A DNA stretch of 64,000 bases from a virus, in the IMG/VR virus record IMGVR_UViG_3300045974_000806, positions 1 to 64,000 of that record; one strand, given 5' to 3'. A model generated the notes under the pieces. The model had not been told where the DNA came from. It did no database searches and saw nothing but the letters and a program-made list of their open reading frames with translations. This document shows, in pieces, positions 18,903-29,205 of the stretch. Numbering within the stretch: position 1 is the first letter of the stretch; each line of letters opens with the position of its first letter. Both the position numbers and the translations under genes were made by a program.

Positions 18903-21900
18903 ATGGACGACAACAACAGCAACAGCGTTCCGCACCTTAAGGGGTGGGTGGAATACACGCTCCGCGACGACGCCACGGGGGAAGTCATCCGTGAGGGGCG
19001 CGCGGATAACGTCTTTACCAACTGGGGATACCGGAGCTTTTTCTGGGCAGGGAACTTTGGCGCGTGGGTGGTGATCTCCGACGACGAACACCCCGTTGGG
19101 ATGCGCGATTGGCTCAACCACCTCAAGGTGGACGGGAAGTCCCCCACGCCTGTGCAAGGGCCAACGCCATCCTACGACCTGACCAACCTGATCATCTCGC
19201 GGACGTGCTCTTTCACCTCCCCGTCGTCACCCCCGCGGACTGTCCGCCGGATTGCGCTGTCCATCGGGGGGAGCATCAACGGGAACGCCATCAACAGCAT
19301 TGCGGCCTACATGGAGATCACGCCCCCAATCGTTCAGAACTCCGGAAGCACTTTGGAATTGGTGTACCGCCAACAATTCGTCATCCCCACGGCGAAGAGC
19401 ATGCAGCGGTGGGTTCAAAACCCGCTGAAGAACCAGCGGCGGTTCGCCCAGGTGTACATGCACAACCCCGGCCCAGCCAATTCATGGTCCGCGGGATTCA
19501 CCATGTGGCAGAACCACGGGAAAGCCTTCTTTGTTGACGAGGGCGCGCGCTACGGGCTGGCCCAAGCCGGCAATGGCCTCGGATACGTCGGTGGGCTGGA
19601 CAGTTGGGCCGCTTACACACGCTCCGGTGGGTTGACTGCCACCTCAGTGGCTCCGCACTTCGCGTCCCGCTATGGGGCCGGGAACATCACCATCTCCGAC
19701 ACAAACAACAATTCGCACACAGGAGCGTTTGCCACCGCATTTGCATGCGCCGACGACTACCCATGGGCATCAGATGACTCATGGTCCAACAGCCGCTTCT
19801 ACCCTTTGGTGGGGTTCCAGCCCCTGGGTACATTTGAGGGCGACGTGTCCACCGTCTTCCAGCACCCGGCCGGCGAAACGTACCTCTTCAACGTGACAGG
19901 CTCCGTGGCGACGGGGCAGGGGACTGTGCTGGTGAAGGGTCCGTTCCGCCCGGACGATCAGTACATGCCGGTCAACCGCAGCTATGCCATCCAGTTCTAC
20001 GCCTCCGGCGGAACCACCGGCCCCAAGGCCAGTTACCGGGTAACCAGTGGCGGACTCGCACGCCAGGATGGTTACCAGTCCTTGCTGGACGGGACGGTGG
20101 GCCTCAATCTTTGGTACCTCTACCCAACCTACTCGTCGGACATTGACCCGGATGTGGTCTATACGAAGAACAGTTGCTGCTACGACGGACGCGGCCACTA
20201 CTGGGCCACAGGACGCAGCAACGGGACCACCAACCGGCTGTTCATGTGGAAGGGCTTCACGTTTGAGCAGGTGCTGGACCGCGTGGAGTCAGACGACACC
20301 CGCTTTTGGGGAATCACGCCCGGGGACCAGTTGGTGGCTCAATGGTACGGCGACAGTTCCAACGCCTACGGCCCTCCCCAGGCATCCCCATGTCTGTGCT
20401 CCAATGAGGCCGGCTTGGTGTTCTACCCCACGCGCATGGCCGCGGCAGGGCAGCAAGCGGTGTACGTCATCGACAATCAGAAACCGGGACGCTACTATCA
20501 GCGCCCTTCCGGAATCGTCGCCACGGGCAGCCACAACCTGCAAGTGGCCGCGGCGGACGAGATTCACAGCATGTTCCCATTCGTTTCCGGAACGGTGGGC
20601 AGCGACGGTGTGACCGGCGGTGACGTGGGCCGGCGCATCCGCATCGTGAACAGTGCCAATGGCAACAACAGCGTCCGCACCATCACCGCGGTGGTGGATG
20701 CGCGGAACGTGACCCTGGATGGCGCGGCGTTCACCACGGAAGTGGGATTGACGTGGCACTGGGTGGTGGTGACCCCTCGCACCAGCACCAACGGACTCAC
20801 TGACCGCCTGCGGGTGCTCAAGTACGACCTGACGCGCAACATCCTGTGGGCGTGGACTGACGCCGGCATCCAGGCCAGCACCAACAACGGACTCACCTGG
20901 GGCGCTGTGATTGGCTCCGGAACGGGCCTCGCCACGACCAGCGCGCAACGGTGCATTATTCCGGACGGGCGCAATGGCAACAGCAACTGCTGCATTGGCA
21001 ACAGCGGCGAACTGTACTGGCTGGACGACGGGGGCGGCTCCACCGCGGCACAAGGGCTTAACAAGTACGTGCCCGGCGCCGGTCCCAACTACACCGGCGG
21101 GACGCACACGCGCATCTTTTGCAACACGTTCCATTCGTGGAACGCCAGCTATCCACCGTTCTGCCTTGCGTATGATCCGGTGGCTCCGGACATGGCCACC
21201 ACGGAAGGGTCCCTGTGGATCGGGCGCGTGTTCTCCACGTCCGTGTGGAATCGCCTGAAGTGTGACTTGTTCACTCAAGCCAACATGACCAATTTCACCG
21301 ACCCCAACATCAACAACAGCACCATCGCCAGCCGCCTCAACCAAGGAGTGCAGCACATCACCGTTGGTCCGGGCGGGGCCGTGGCGTTCAACAACAACGG
21401 CAACAACAACGGCTACCCGAACATCAACTACGACTACGGGACACACTTCCCAGCGTGGACGGGCGGAGACAACCTCGGACTCTATTACTATGACCATTAC
21501 ATGCTGTGGCCCGGCGGTGATCCTTCCAACATGGGGCACGGGTGTATGGACGTCCGTCCAGATGGAACGCTTGTTCAATTCTCCGACCCAGGACATTCCG
21601 CATCAGCAGCCCATGGTGGCCATGTATACTGGTGGGAGCCCACCTCCCAGAAGTGGATTCCCTGGAAGGGAACCGAGGCCCAGTTCAACACGCGCTATGG
21701 GGTCACCAACAGTGGGCGCAAGGATGTCCACGCCACCTATGACCTGTTCAAAGACAACATCCGGTTCGCGTTCATCCAGAACGGGAGCGTTGCGCAAACA
21801 TCTGAATACGTCACCGGCGAGCGGTTCTCTTTCATTTCAAGCCTGGGGCTCCACCGCACCAACATTCAGGACCTGAGTTGGGCGCAGGACATCACGGTGG

Positions 21901-23393
21901 GGAAGGTTACCAACTACCTTGAGGACCAGCCCATTAAAACGGTGCCGGTAAATGGCGGTGGTGGCAACGTCCGCGTCTTCCAAGATCACGCCAATGGCGC
22001 ATTCAGCAGCAAGTTTGACCCCCAGCGCCCCTTGGGGAGTGGGACCAACTTTGTTCCGGAGGTGGTGGGCAGCACGGGCCGCAGGTTTGGGTGGTGTCCA
22101 CAGGGTTGGGTGTCTTTCCTGAACGGCCAGAACTCCGGCGTGGTCCCCGACACGTACACGAACACAAACCTCCCGGGGTGGACCGCCGGCATCGACCTGG
22201 GTGCGTCTTTGGTGGTGGGGAAGCTGCAAGTGCAGCTTTTCACTGAGCCAAGCAAGATGGCCCACTACACGTCAACGGACAACAATTCGGTTGGGCGTGT
22301 CCTCGTCTACTATTCGGACGACAACGCGGTGTGGACTGAGTTCGCAACCACGCGGCTCATTGCGCAAGCCACGGGTGAAGGAGGGACCTGCACAGTGGGT
22401 GCAGGCATTGTGGGTGAGCCTGTGATCACTGGGCTGGCCAATATCCTTCCAAACATGGTGGGCCGCTACATGACCTTCAGTGGCTCCGCCAATCCCGCCA
22501 ATGACGGAACCTTCCTCGTCACGGCGTACCTGAGCGGCACCAGCGCCCGCGTGGCAAATCCGGCCTGGGTTGCCGGCGCATCGAATTGGACGTGGGGTTT
22601 GGACCCTGGGTACAAGTACGTGTGCCTTGAGTCATCAACGGCAAGCGCGGCCCAGAACCCATCCGACAGTCCCTATTGCCGGCTGACCATCGACCTTGCG
22701 GCCACCGGACTTGCGGATGCTGCGCGCCAACACCGCTATTGGAAGGTGGTGAACTTCTACCGCAACGCTGAGTACGGGTCCGTGTTCTCGGACCAGTTCT
22801 ATTTCGGCCATTTCGTGGCCTATGGGAACGATGGGCTTGCGTTGGGCCTGGACGTCAATACGCGTCTTCCGGAAGCCGGCAGCGTGGACCTGCTTTCCTC
22901 CCCGGTGCGCCAAGCGTCCTTCATTCAGGACCGCGTGGGCATCTCCGGAAAGGGCGGAATCAACTCCGCTCCGGATGGGTATGCTGACGGCTTCACGGAC
23001 CTTGTGACCATCGTTTCCGGAACCTTCAATACCGGGAGCATCAACACCACCACGGACTATCTGGCCTATAAGCACCCCGTCACCGGGACCTTCCTCCGGA
23101 ATGACGTGGGGTCCGTGGGGAATGGGGAACCTGGGGCGCTGGGGGAGCAGACCATGGTGCGCATTGTCGCGGTCACCACCACCACCATTCAGGTGGCCAA
23201 GCGCAACGTACCCAGCAACCTGTCCGCGGCTGACTGGGAAGTCCGCCGGCCGGCGAACCTGCGTACGGACTACGCGTACAATGCCGGGGACATGACGGAC
23301 TGCTTTGCCGGAATGGGCTACATGCAGTTCCACGACGCTGACGCCGGCCGTGAGTACCGCGTCATCCAACGGGGCATCAACCGCGCGCCATGA
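18903..23393 (+). CDS. Large tail fibre / receptor-binding adhesin (~1496 aa)
   Basis: AAGGAG RBS, ATG 18903; N-terminal fibre anchor GEVIREGRADNVFTNWG; Asp-box-like STNNGLTW; discoidin-like IDLG...YYSDDN.W...RYWKV; lower GC codon usage. Confidence 0.7.
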   Translation: MDDNNSNSVPHLKGWVEYTLRDDATGEVIREGRADNVFTNWGYRSFFWAGNFGAWVVISDDEHPVGMRDWLNHLKVDGKSPTPVQGPTPSYDLTNLIISRTCSFTSPSSPPRTVRRIALSIGGSINGNAINSIAAYMEITPPIVQNSGSTLELVYRQQFVIPTAKSMQRWVQNPLKNQRRFAQVYMHNPGPANSWSAGFTMWQNHGKAFFVDEGARYGLAQAGNGLGYVGGLDSWAAYTRSGGLTATSVAPHFASRYGAGNITISDTNNNSHTGAFATAFACADDYPWASDDSWSNSRFYPLVGFQPLGTFEGDVSTVFQHPAGETYLFNVTGSVATGQGTVLVKGPFRPDDQYMPVNRSYAIQFYASGGTTGPKASYRVTSGGLARQDGYQSLLDGTVGLNLWYLYPTYSSDIDPDVVYTKNSCCYDGRGHYWATGRSNGTTNRLFMWKGFTFEQVLDRVESDDTRFWGITPGDQLVAQWYGDSSNAYGPPQASPCLCSNEAGLVFYPTRMAAAGQQAVYVIDNQKPGRYYQRPSGIVATGSHNLQVAAADEIHSMFPFVSGTVGSDGVTGGDVGRRIRIVNSANGNNSVRTITAVVDARNVTLDGAAFTTEVGLTWHWVVVTPRTSTNGLTDRLRVLKYDLTRNILWAWTDAGIQASTNNGLTWGAVIGSGTGLATTSAQRCIIPDGRNGNSNCCIGNSGELYWLDDGGGSTAAQGLNKYVPGAGPNYTGGTHTRIFCNTFHSWNASYPPFCLAYDPVAPDMATTEGSLWIGRVFSTSVWNRLKCDLFTQANMTNFTDPNINNSTIASRLNQGVQHITVGPGGAVAFNNNGNNNGYPNINYDYGTHFPAWTGGDNLGLYYYDHYMLWPGGDPSNMGHGCMDVRPDGTLVQFSDPGHSASAAHGGHVYWWEPTSQKWIPWKGTEAQFNTRYGVTNSGRKDVHATYDLFKDNIRFAFIQNGSVAQTSEYVTGERFSFISSLGLHRTNIQDLSWAQDITVGKVTNYLEDQPIKTVPVNGGGGNVRVFQDHANGAFSSKFDPQRPLGSGTNFVPEVVGSTGRRFGWCPQGWVSFLNGQNSGVVPDTYTNTNLPGWTAGIDLGASLVVGKLQVQLFTEPSKMAHYTSTDNNSVGRVLVYYSDDNAVWTEFATTRLIAQATGEGGTCTVGAGIVGEPVITGLANILPNMVGRYMTFSGSANPANDGTFLVTAYLSGTSARVANPAWVAGASNWTWGLDPGYKYVCLESSTASAAQNPSDSPYCRLTIDLAATGLADAARQHRYWKVVNFYRNAEYGSVFSDQFYFGHFVAYGNDGLALGLDVNTRLPEAGSVDLLSSPVRQASFIQDRVGISGKGGINSAPDGYADGFTDLVTIVSGTFNTGSINTTTDYLAYKHPVTGTFLRNDVGSVGNGEPGALGEQTMVRIVAVTTTTIQVAKRNVPSNLSAADWEVRRPANLRTDYAYNAGDMTDCFAGMGYMQFHDADAGREYRVIQRGINRAP

Positions 23394-23956
23394 CCGTCTC
23401 CACCCCCGCCCTGGCTGCCTATGACGACGTGCAGGAAGTCTCCCTGTCCACGTTTGCGCAGCGCATCCTCGTCACCGCCATCCGGGCCAACGGCCTGTCC
23501 ATCCACTGGGAGAACGACCCCAAAGGCATCTGGACGGCCATCCCCAAGGTGGCTCCGGAATACGTCCAGCCCCTGCGTCACCTATCCACTGCGGTCCTGG
23601 GCGGGGAACTCTGCATGGCCTGGAACAATCCCAATTCCGGAAAGATCCTCTTCTCCCGGTATGACCTGCTGCGAGGCGTGGTGAGCCGCACGCCGGTTGC
23701 CATTGTCTCCGGAACCACGCCGGCGCTGTCCCCGTACCAGAACGGAGCCAGCCTCATGATGGCCTACGCGTCCAACGGCCAGCACCTGTTCCTGACCACG
23801 GACGACAAGGGGGCGTCCTGGCTGGTGCCTCCCCTGGTGCCGCTGGTGGGTGATGCCGGCAGCGCCAACATCACGGAGATTGACGTGGCCGTGATCAATC
23901 CGGCCGGGTCTGACATCCTGTGGACTGAGACGGACCTTCCCCTGGCCGGAGAGTGA
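23390..23956 (+). CDS. Hypothetical tail-associated protein
   Basis: ATGA coupled; Asp-box-like TTDDKGASW. Confidence 0.6.
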   Translation: MTVSTPALAAYDDVQEVSLSTFAQRILVTAIRANGLSIHWENDPKGIWTAIPKVAPEYVQPLRHLSTAVLGGELCMAWNNPNSGKILFSRYDLLRGVVSRTPVAIVSGTTPALSPYQNGASLMMAYASNGQHLFLTTDDKGASWLVPPLVPLVGDAGSANITEIDVAVINPAGSDILWTETDLPLAGE

Positions 23957-23957
23957 G

Positions 23958-24401
23958 ATGACGGACATCTTTGTTGGGCAGTATTCGGTCAACGCCATCC
24001 GCCTGGACCGCGCGAGCCTGGACAAGGTGGAGGATGACGGCGGCTACCAGATTGACCTGTGGGGCCTGTTCAAGGACGCCACCGCCAAGCTGGAACTGGT
24101 GAGCGTGGCCACCACGCAGCCCTACCTGTGCTACGGCGCGCGTTCCGGAATGGGCTACACGCCCAAGCCCAAAAGCCCGTTCCTCGTTTCCCTGGCCACG
24201 CCGCCCCTGCCCCCGGGCGTCTACAACTTCCGCATCACCCAGGGCGGGTCCATCTTCACCAGCACCGCGGCAAGCACCCCGTTCAACCTCACCGTGGTCC
24301 GCCGCAACTGGCACGCACGGACCCTGGCAATGCGCCGCGTCTTCCCGCCGTGGTACAAGCTGGGTCCCAGGTATCTGGACACGGTGGGACTGCTCACATG
24401 A
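23958..24401 (+). CDS. Hypothetical tail-associated Ig-like protein
   Basis: TPPLPPGVYNFRIT Ig/IPT-like motif; coupled to next gene. Confidence 0.55.
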   Translation: MTDIFVGQYSVNAIRLDRASLDKVEDDGGYQIDLWGLFKDATAKLELVSVATTQPYLCYGARSGMGYTPKPKSPFLVSLATPPLPPGVYNFRITQGGSIFTSTAASTPFNLTVVRRNWHARTLAMRRVFPPWYKLGPRYLDTVGLLT

Positions 24402-27106
24402 CCAAAGGCGTGCTGGAAGCGTGGAGCGAGGCGGTTGGGGAGCAACTGGATGCCCTGGCCGGCTTCCGGTTCACGCGCACCACCGCCCAGGTGGCAGAGG
24501 GGGACACCGCATGGCCCCTGGAAACCACCTACGGATGGCCCAACGCCGGCCGGTTCTTTGTGGATGGGGACGTCTACCGCTACACCGCAAAGACGGACAC
24601 GGGTGTGTCCGGCGTGCGCTGGGATGACCCGGCGTTTGCCCTTCCGGTCACGGGCCGGCTGACCGCGCCGGCAACCAGCGTCCAGGCCACCTACTTCAAA
24701 AGCGCCGTCATCCGGATGGCCCTCACGGGGACCTGGGCCGGCTCCATGGAGCTTGAGGTGTCCAAGGACGGCGTGACCTGGGCGACCTACAACACGGGCA
24801 TCACCGCCAACACCACGGTGGACGTGGCCCTGGCGGACTACCCCAAGCTGCGCCTCCGGAGCACGTCCCTGACCTCCGGAGCGGCCAACGTGGTGATGCT
24901 CCCCCTCCCCCAGGGGGACGGCACGCCGCAGCCCGTGGCGGGCTTCCTGGCCGCCGGCGGGCAGGTCATCAACACGGTGCTCATCCCGCGGGCCGTCCTG
25001 GCGGTAACCATCACGGGAACCTGGGTGGGGACCCTCACGGTGGAGCAGTCCGCGGACGGCGCCGCCTGGACCGCCCTGGGCGCGTACACGGCCAACGCCG
25101 CGGTGGAGGTGGCCGTGAGCCAACCCCAGGTCCGCGTGCGGGCCTCCCCGTGGACCTCCGGGCGCGCGGACCTGTCCCTGGTGGTGGTGGCCCGCTCCGG
25201 CGCGCGCAGGACCGTCCCGGTGGCTTCCCACGTGGTGGACTACAGCCGGACGTTCAGCGCCCTGGACTCCATGCGGGATCAAGTGTTCGTGGACACCGCG
25301 GTGGGGGACTACCTGAGCGCCCTGGGCCGGTCCCTGGGCGTCCGCCGTCCGCCCAACCTGTCCAATGATGACGACTTCCGGAAGGTCATCAAGGCCATGG
25401 CCTACCTGCCCAAGGGGACCATGCAGGGCCTGGAACTGGCCATGACCGCGTTCTTTGGGGCCGGGAACTTCAAGGTGTGGGAAGACTTCCCCACCTTCCG
25501 GAACACGGTGTTCATCCAACTGCTGAACGGCATCAACCTTGCGGAATCCGCCAACGGGCAGACCTACCTGACCCGGAGCGCCCCGCGGTCCCTGGACACC
25601 GCGGCCAAAACCCTCACCCTGGCCACACCTGGGGTTTCCCCCACAACGGAAGGTCCCGTCCTGGCGGTGATGGGCGCGCGGCTGCTGGATGAAGGCCGCT
25701 ATGACCTGCTGACCACCACGCGGCCCAGCGGCATCTCTGACTACCTGTACCCGGGCGGCCCGCTCACCGCGGTGTGGCTCTATTCCGGAACCACGGAGGC
25801 ATCCGTCTCCGCCATGGCGCTGGCCACGGGCATGACGCTCACCACCACCGCCGGCCAGACGGCGCTCTACGCGCGCACGGCCCGCATCCGCCCGGAGAGC
25901 AACGCGTCTATCACGGTGACCGGCCGCGTGTCCGCGGCATCCGGAACCGCCGCGGGTTCCGGAAAGCAGTGGACGTTCGGCCTGCGTGATGGGGCACGGG
26001 ACTTGGCGGTGGGCGCCATTGCCAGCGGGGCCAACATCCAGTTCGGGCTCATCTCCACCAGCACGGGCCAGTTCCTGGCCGGCGCCGCGGTGGTGGTGGC
26101 CCTGGGCACGGAAGTCCACCTCACCCTCCGGAAGACCGGCGCCCAGGTGGACCTGCTGTGGAACGGCGTGGTGGTGCAATCGGCCACGGCGGTGGACTTC
26201 CCCGCCAGCGCGGTGAATGAGTTCCGGATGGGACACACGGACGGGACCTACGCGGTGACGTCCACCACCAAGGTGCTGGCGTTCTCCGCCGTCACCCTGA
26301 CGGACTATTGGAACATCTCCGGAAACATCGGAACCACGGTGGGCACCAACCAACTGAACACGTCCAGCGGCGGCAACATCCAAACGGGTGACGTGGGCAA
26401 GGCCGTGCGCACGGTGTCCACCGCCTTCCCCAAAAACACGGGCCTGTGGCTGGTGGACACGGTGCTGTCCACCGACAACATGACGCTCAAAGGCGTCATC
26501 CGGAAGCACGCGGGCGTGGCGTCCCTGGGCGTGGCGGGCGCGGCCCCTCACCGCATCACCGTGGCCGGCATTCCGGACGCGTTCACCTACCCACAGGACG
26601 TGGGCAAGCAGATTGAGATCATGGGCAGCGCCGGCGGCCTGGGCAACAACGGCGTCTTTGTCATCAGCCAACTCATGCTTCCGGACGCCCCGGGCACGGC
26701 CATCTCCGGAAGCCTCACGCAGCAGACCAACGTGTGTGAGGTGGCCACCGCGCCGGCGGGCGGGTTCGACGTGGAGACGGGCCTCAACTGGCGCCTCATC
26801 CCCAACTGGGGCACGCCGGACACCACGCTGTACTGGGAACTGGCGGACGCCGGTTCGTTCGCCGGCATGGTGCTCACGCTGCGCGCCAACCCGCCGCTGA
26901 CCATCCCAGGTGGCTACGTGGTGGCCATGCTGGTGACCTACTCCACCGTGAAGAGCGGGCAGGTGCTGTTGGCCGCGGACGTGGCCAATGACCCGGCCGG
27001 CGCGTGGTTCCCCATCTACCTGCCGGGCCACCCCATGGGCGCCTATGCCCAGTACCTTGCTGAATTGACGGTGGCCGGCGTGATTCCGGAAGTGCTACTC
27101 GGTTGA
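24398..27106 (+). CDS. Baseplate wedge (P2 gpI-like core) fused to jelly-roll and lectin-like domains
   Basis: ATG 24398 overlaps upstream stop; DTAVGDYLSALGRSLGVRR...DDDFR...KGT core; two tandem TGTW.G...E.S.DG..W domains; ConA-like VHLTLRK...LLWNG. Confidence 0.7.
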   Translation: MTKGVLEAWSEAVGEQLDALAGFRFTRTTAQVAEGDTAWPLETTYGWPNAGRFFVDGDVYRYTAKTDTGVSGVRWDDPAFALPVTGRLTAPATSVQATYFKSAVIRMALTGTWAGSMELEVSKDGVTWATYNTGITANTTVDVALADYPKLRLRSTSLTSGAANVVMLPLPQGDGTPQPVAGFLAAGGQVINTVLIPRAVLAVTITGTWVGTLTVEQSADGAAWTALGAYTANAAVEVAVSQPQVRVRASPWTSGRADLSLVVVARSGARRTVPVASHVVDYSRTFSALDSMRDQVFVDTAVGDYLSALGRSLGVRRPPNLSNDDDFRKVIKAMAYLPKGTMQGLELAMTAFFGAGNFKVWEDFPTFRNTVFIQLLNGINLAESANGQTYLTRSAPRSLDTAAKTLTLATPGVSPTTEGPVLAVMGARLLDEGRYDLLTTTRPSGISDYLYPGGPLTAVWLYSGTTEASVSAMALATGMTLTTTAGQTALYARTARIRPESNASITVTGRVSAASGTAAGSGKQWTFGLRDGARDLAVGAIASGANIQFGLISTSTGQFLAGAAVVVALGTEVHLTLRKTGAQVDLLWNGVVVQSATAVDFPASAVNEFRMGHTDGTYAVTSTTKVLAFSAVTLTDYWNISGNIGTTVGTNQLNTSSGGNIQTGDVGKAVRTVSTAFPKNTGLWLVDTVLSTDNMTLKGVIRKHAGVASLGVAGAAPHRITVAGIPDAFTYPQDVGKQIEIMGSAGGLGNNGVFVISQLMLPDAPGTAISGSLTQQTNVCEVATAPAGGFDVETGLNWRLIPNWGTPDTTLYWELADAGSFAGMVLTLRANPPLTIPGGYVVAMLVTYSTVKSGQVLLAADVANDPAGAWFPIYLPGHPMGAYAQYLAELTVAGVIPEVLLG

Positions 27107-27121
27107 AAAGAGGAGAACCCC

Positions 27122-29119
27122 ATGACCCTTGACCAACTCCGCATGCAGGACTCGCAGCGCCTTGACCGCGGTGACGTGGAGCACCTGACCAACGTCCCGT
27201 TGGAGGCCGTGAAGTCCCTGTCCGCGGCACTGCTGGTGGGAGCCGGCCGCGCGCACGTCATCTCCGGCTTCAAGCTGGAAGTGAGCGGGCTGTCCACGGC
27301 CAGGGTCCTCAAGGTGGTGAAGGGCACGGCCATCCTGTCCATGCGGGACGCGTTGAACCAACCGTCCTACGGCGTGGTGACCGCGGAGGGTGACGCCCAG
27401 CGGCTGCTGGACATGAGCGGCTTTGGTTCCGGAACCTGGGGCGTGTGGCTGCGCTTTGAGCAGCAGGACGGCGCCTTTGCCAACCGGGTGTTCTGGGACC
27501 CGCTGGCCGTCAAGGAGTTCGCGCAGAACGTCCCCACGCGCAAGATGGCCAACTGGGGCCTCACCACGGTGAGCGTTGCTTCTTCCGGGCTGGCACCCTC
27601 CACGTCCCCGGGCGCGGAATGGGTCTACCTGGGCTACGCCGTCATCAGCGGCGGGTCCCTGGCGGTGACGCCGGCGCGGGACCTGTTCTTTGAAGGGACG
27701 GAGGCCACGGGCACCCCCTATGACCAGCCGTGGGGCACGGGCCTGGACCGGGACACGGACAGGTCCGCCAACGGGCTCAAAGACCTGAGCACGTTCGCCA
27801 GCGCGGTGCTCAAGAAGCTGGGTGAGATTCAGAGTGCCAGCGCGCGCTGGTGGACTGCGCCGCCGGAGCCCCTGGACCAGAAGGTGTCCAAGCACGGTGA
27901 CTCCGTGAGCGGCAGCTACACGTTTGCCGGCGGCAACATCTACTTCACCACCACGTCCCCGGTGTACTTCCAAAGCGCGGCGTTCAGCACGGGATGGGAC
28001 CTTGCCACCGCGGCCTCCCCGTTTGGCAGCGCCTACGTGGACACGCTCTACACCAAGAACGGAATCCAGCGGAACACCACCACCGGGTCCGCCACGCAGG
28101 ACATTGGCACCCTGGCGGACTCGTTTGCCACGCTCTACGGGCAGGCCCTGGACCTGCGCGGGACCTCCGCAACCATGGTCATGGTGGGCCACGCCACCAA
28201 GCCGCTGATGCGGTTCTTTGACACCGACGTGCCGGCCAACCGCGCCAACATCTACGCGGACACCGCGTCCGGCGCCCCCTACCTGGGCCTGTCCACGGAG
28301 GGTACCGTCAAGCGCGTGGCCATCATGCCGGACAACAACGCGTTTGGCGGCGCCACGGTGGCGTTTGACGCGGACGGAGGGGACGGAAACCCCTACGTGT
28401 TCCCGCTCCAAAACGCCTCCGGGGGCAACGGCGTGCGCCTTGGCGCCGCGGCCCTGCGTTGGCACACGGTCTACGGACTCAACGCCAACTTTGACTTCCT
28501 GCTCCCCAAGACCGCGGGCACGTCCGCCATTGGCCAGTCCGGGTCCCATTGGGGTGACGTGTTCAGCGATGCCGCGCACATTGCAGGCCGGGTCACGGCC
28601 CAGCAAGCCTATCCGGACGCGGACGCCGGCGCCGGCCGCAAGCTGGGTGACAGCAGCAACCGTTGGGCATCCTGCGACGTGATGACGGGCGTGTTTTACA
28701 CCAGCCTGGAAGTGACCGGAGCCGGAGCCGGCTTCACACTGGGCGCGGGAACCATGCACGCGGGCGCCAACGGGCAAGTCAACGTGCCCACCATCTTTTC
28801 CGACGCCAATGGCATCAAGGTGGGGAAGATCAGCGGCCTGGGCGCGGGCAATCCCGTCAACATCCGGACCAACGGCCCCAACTTCACGGACCCCATCATC
28901 TACTGGGACCAAGACCTCTACAACGGGACCATCTGGAAGTTCCGCTATAACAGCGGTTCCGGAAGCCCGCCGGATCAGCACGGCGTCAACCCGCCCAGTG
29001 TGGATGACGCGATCATCCTGCGCACCAACGGCTACGCGCTCAAGTGCCAAGTGTACAACGGGTCTGGGTACACCAACGTGTGGTTGCTGGCCTACTTTGG
29101 CGCGAACCTTCCGGGCTGA
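27122..29119 (+). CDS. Tail fibre protein
   Basis: GAGGAG RBS; KVSKHGDSVSG neck motif; five [LI]G-x4-[RF]W/F-x3-[YF]-type shaft repeats (e.g. LGAAALRWHTVY, LGDSSNRW). Confidence 0.8.
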   Translation: MTLDQLRMQDSQRLDRGDVEHLTNVPLEAVKSLSAALLVGAGRAHVISGFKLEVSGLSTARVLKVVKGTAILSMRDALNQPSYGVVTAEGDAQRLLDMSGFGSGTWGVWLRFEQQDGAFANRVFWDPLAVKEFAQNVPTRKMANWGLTTVSVASSGLAPSTSPGAEWVYLGYAVISGGSLAVTPARDLFFEGTEATGTPYDQPWGTGLDRDTDRSANGLKDLSTFASAVLKKLGEIQSASARWWTAPPEPLDQKVSKHGDSVSGSYTFAGGNIYFTTTSPVYFQSAAFSTGWDLATAASPFGSAYVDTLYTKNGIQRNTTTGSATQDIGTLADSFATLYGQALDLRGTSATMVMVGHATKPLMRFFDTDVPANRANIYADTASGAPYLGLSTEGTVKRVAIMPDNNAFGGATVAFDADGGDGNPYVFPLQNASGGNGVRLGAAALRWHTVYGLNANFDFLLPKTAGTSAIGQSGSHWGDVFSDAAHIAGRVTAQQAYPDADAGAGRKLGDSSNRWASCDVMTGVFYTSLEVTGAGAGFTLGAGTMHAGANGQVNVPTIFSDANGIKVGKISGLGAGNPVNIRTNGPNFTDPIIYWDQDLYNGTIWKFRYNSGSGSPPDQHGVNPPSVDDAIILRTNGYALKCQVYNGSGYTNVWLLAYFGANLPG

Positions 29120-29138
29120 TTCCGGAAGCCGCAATTTT
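29108..29138 (+). terminator. Possible hairpin terminator ending the virion module
   Basis: CTTCCGG-gctgatt-CCGGAAG stem over the fibre stop codon, followed by AATTTT. Confidence 0.4.
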
Positions 29139-29205
29139 GCCGTTGACGAAAACCACGCACACGTGCGAACAATTCCCCATCACCGGGTGAGCCGGTCATG
29201 GAGGA

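Noticed and set aside
17905-29119. Diversity-generating retroelement acting on tail fibres
   Set aside because: No reverse transcriptase, and no template/variable repeat pair differing at adenines was seen in the window.
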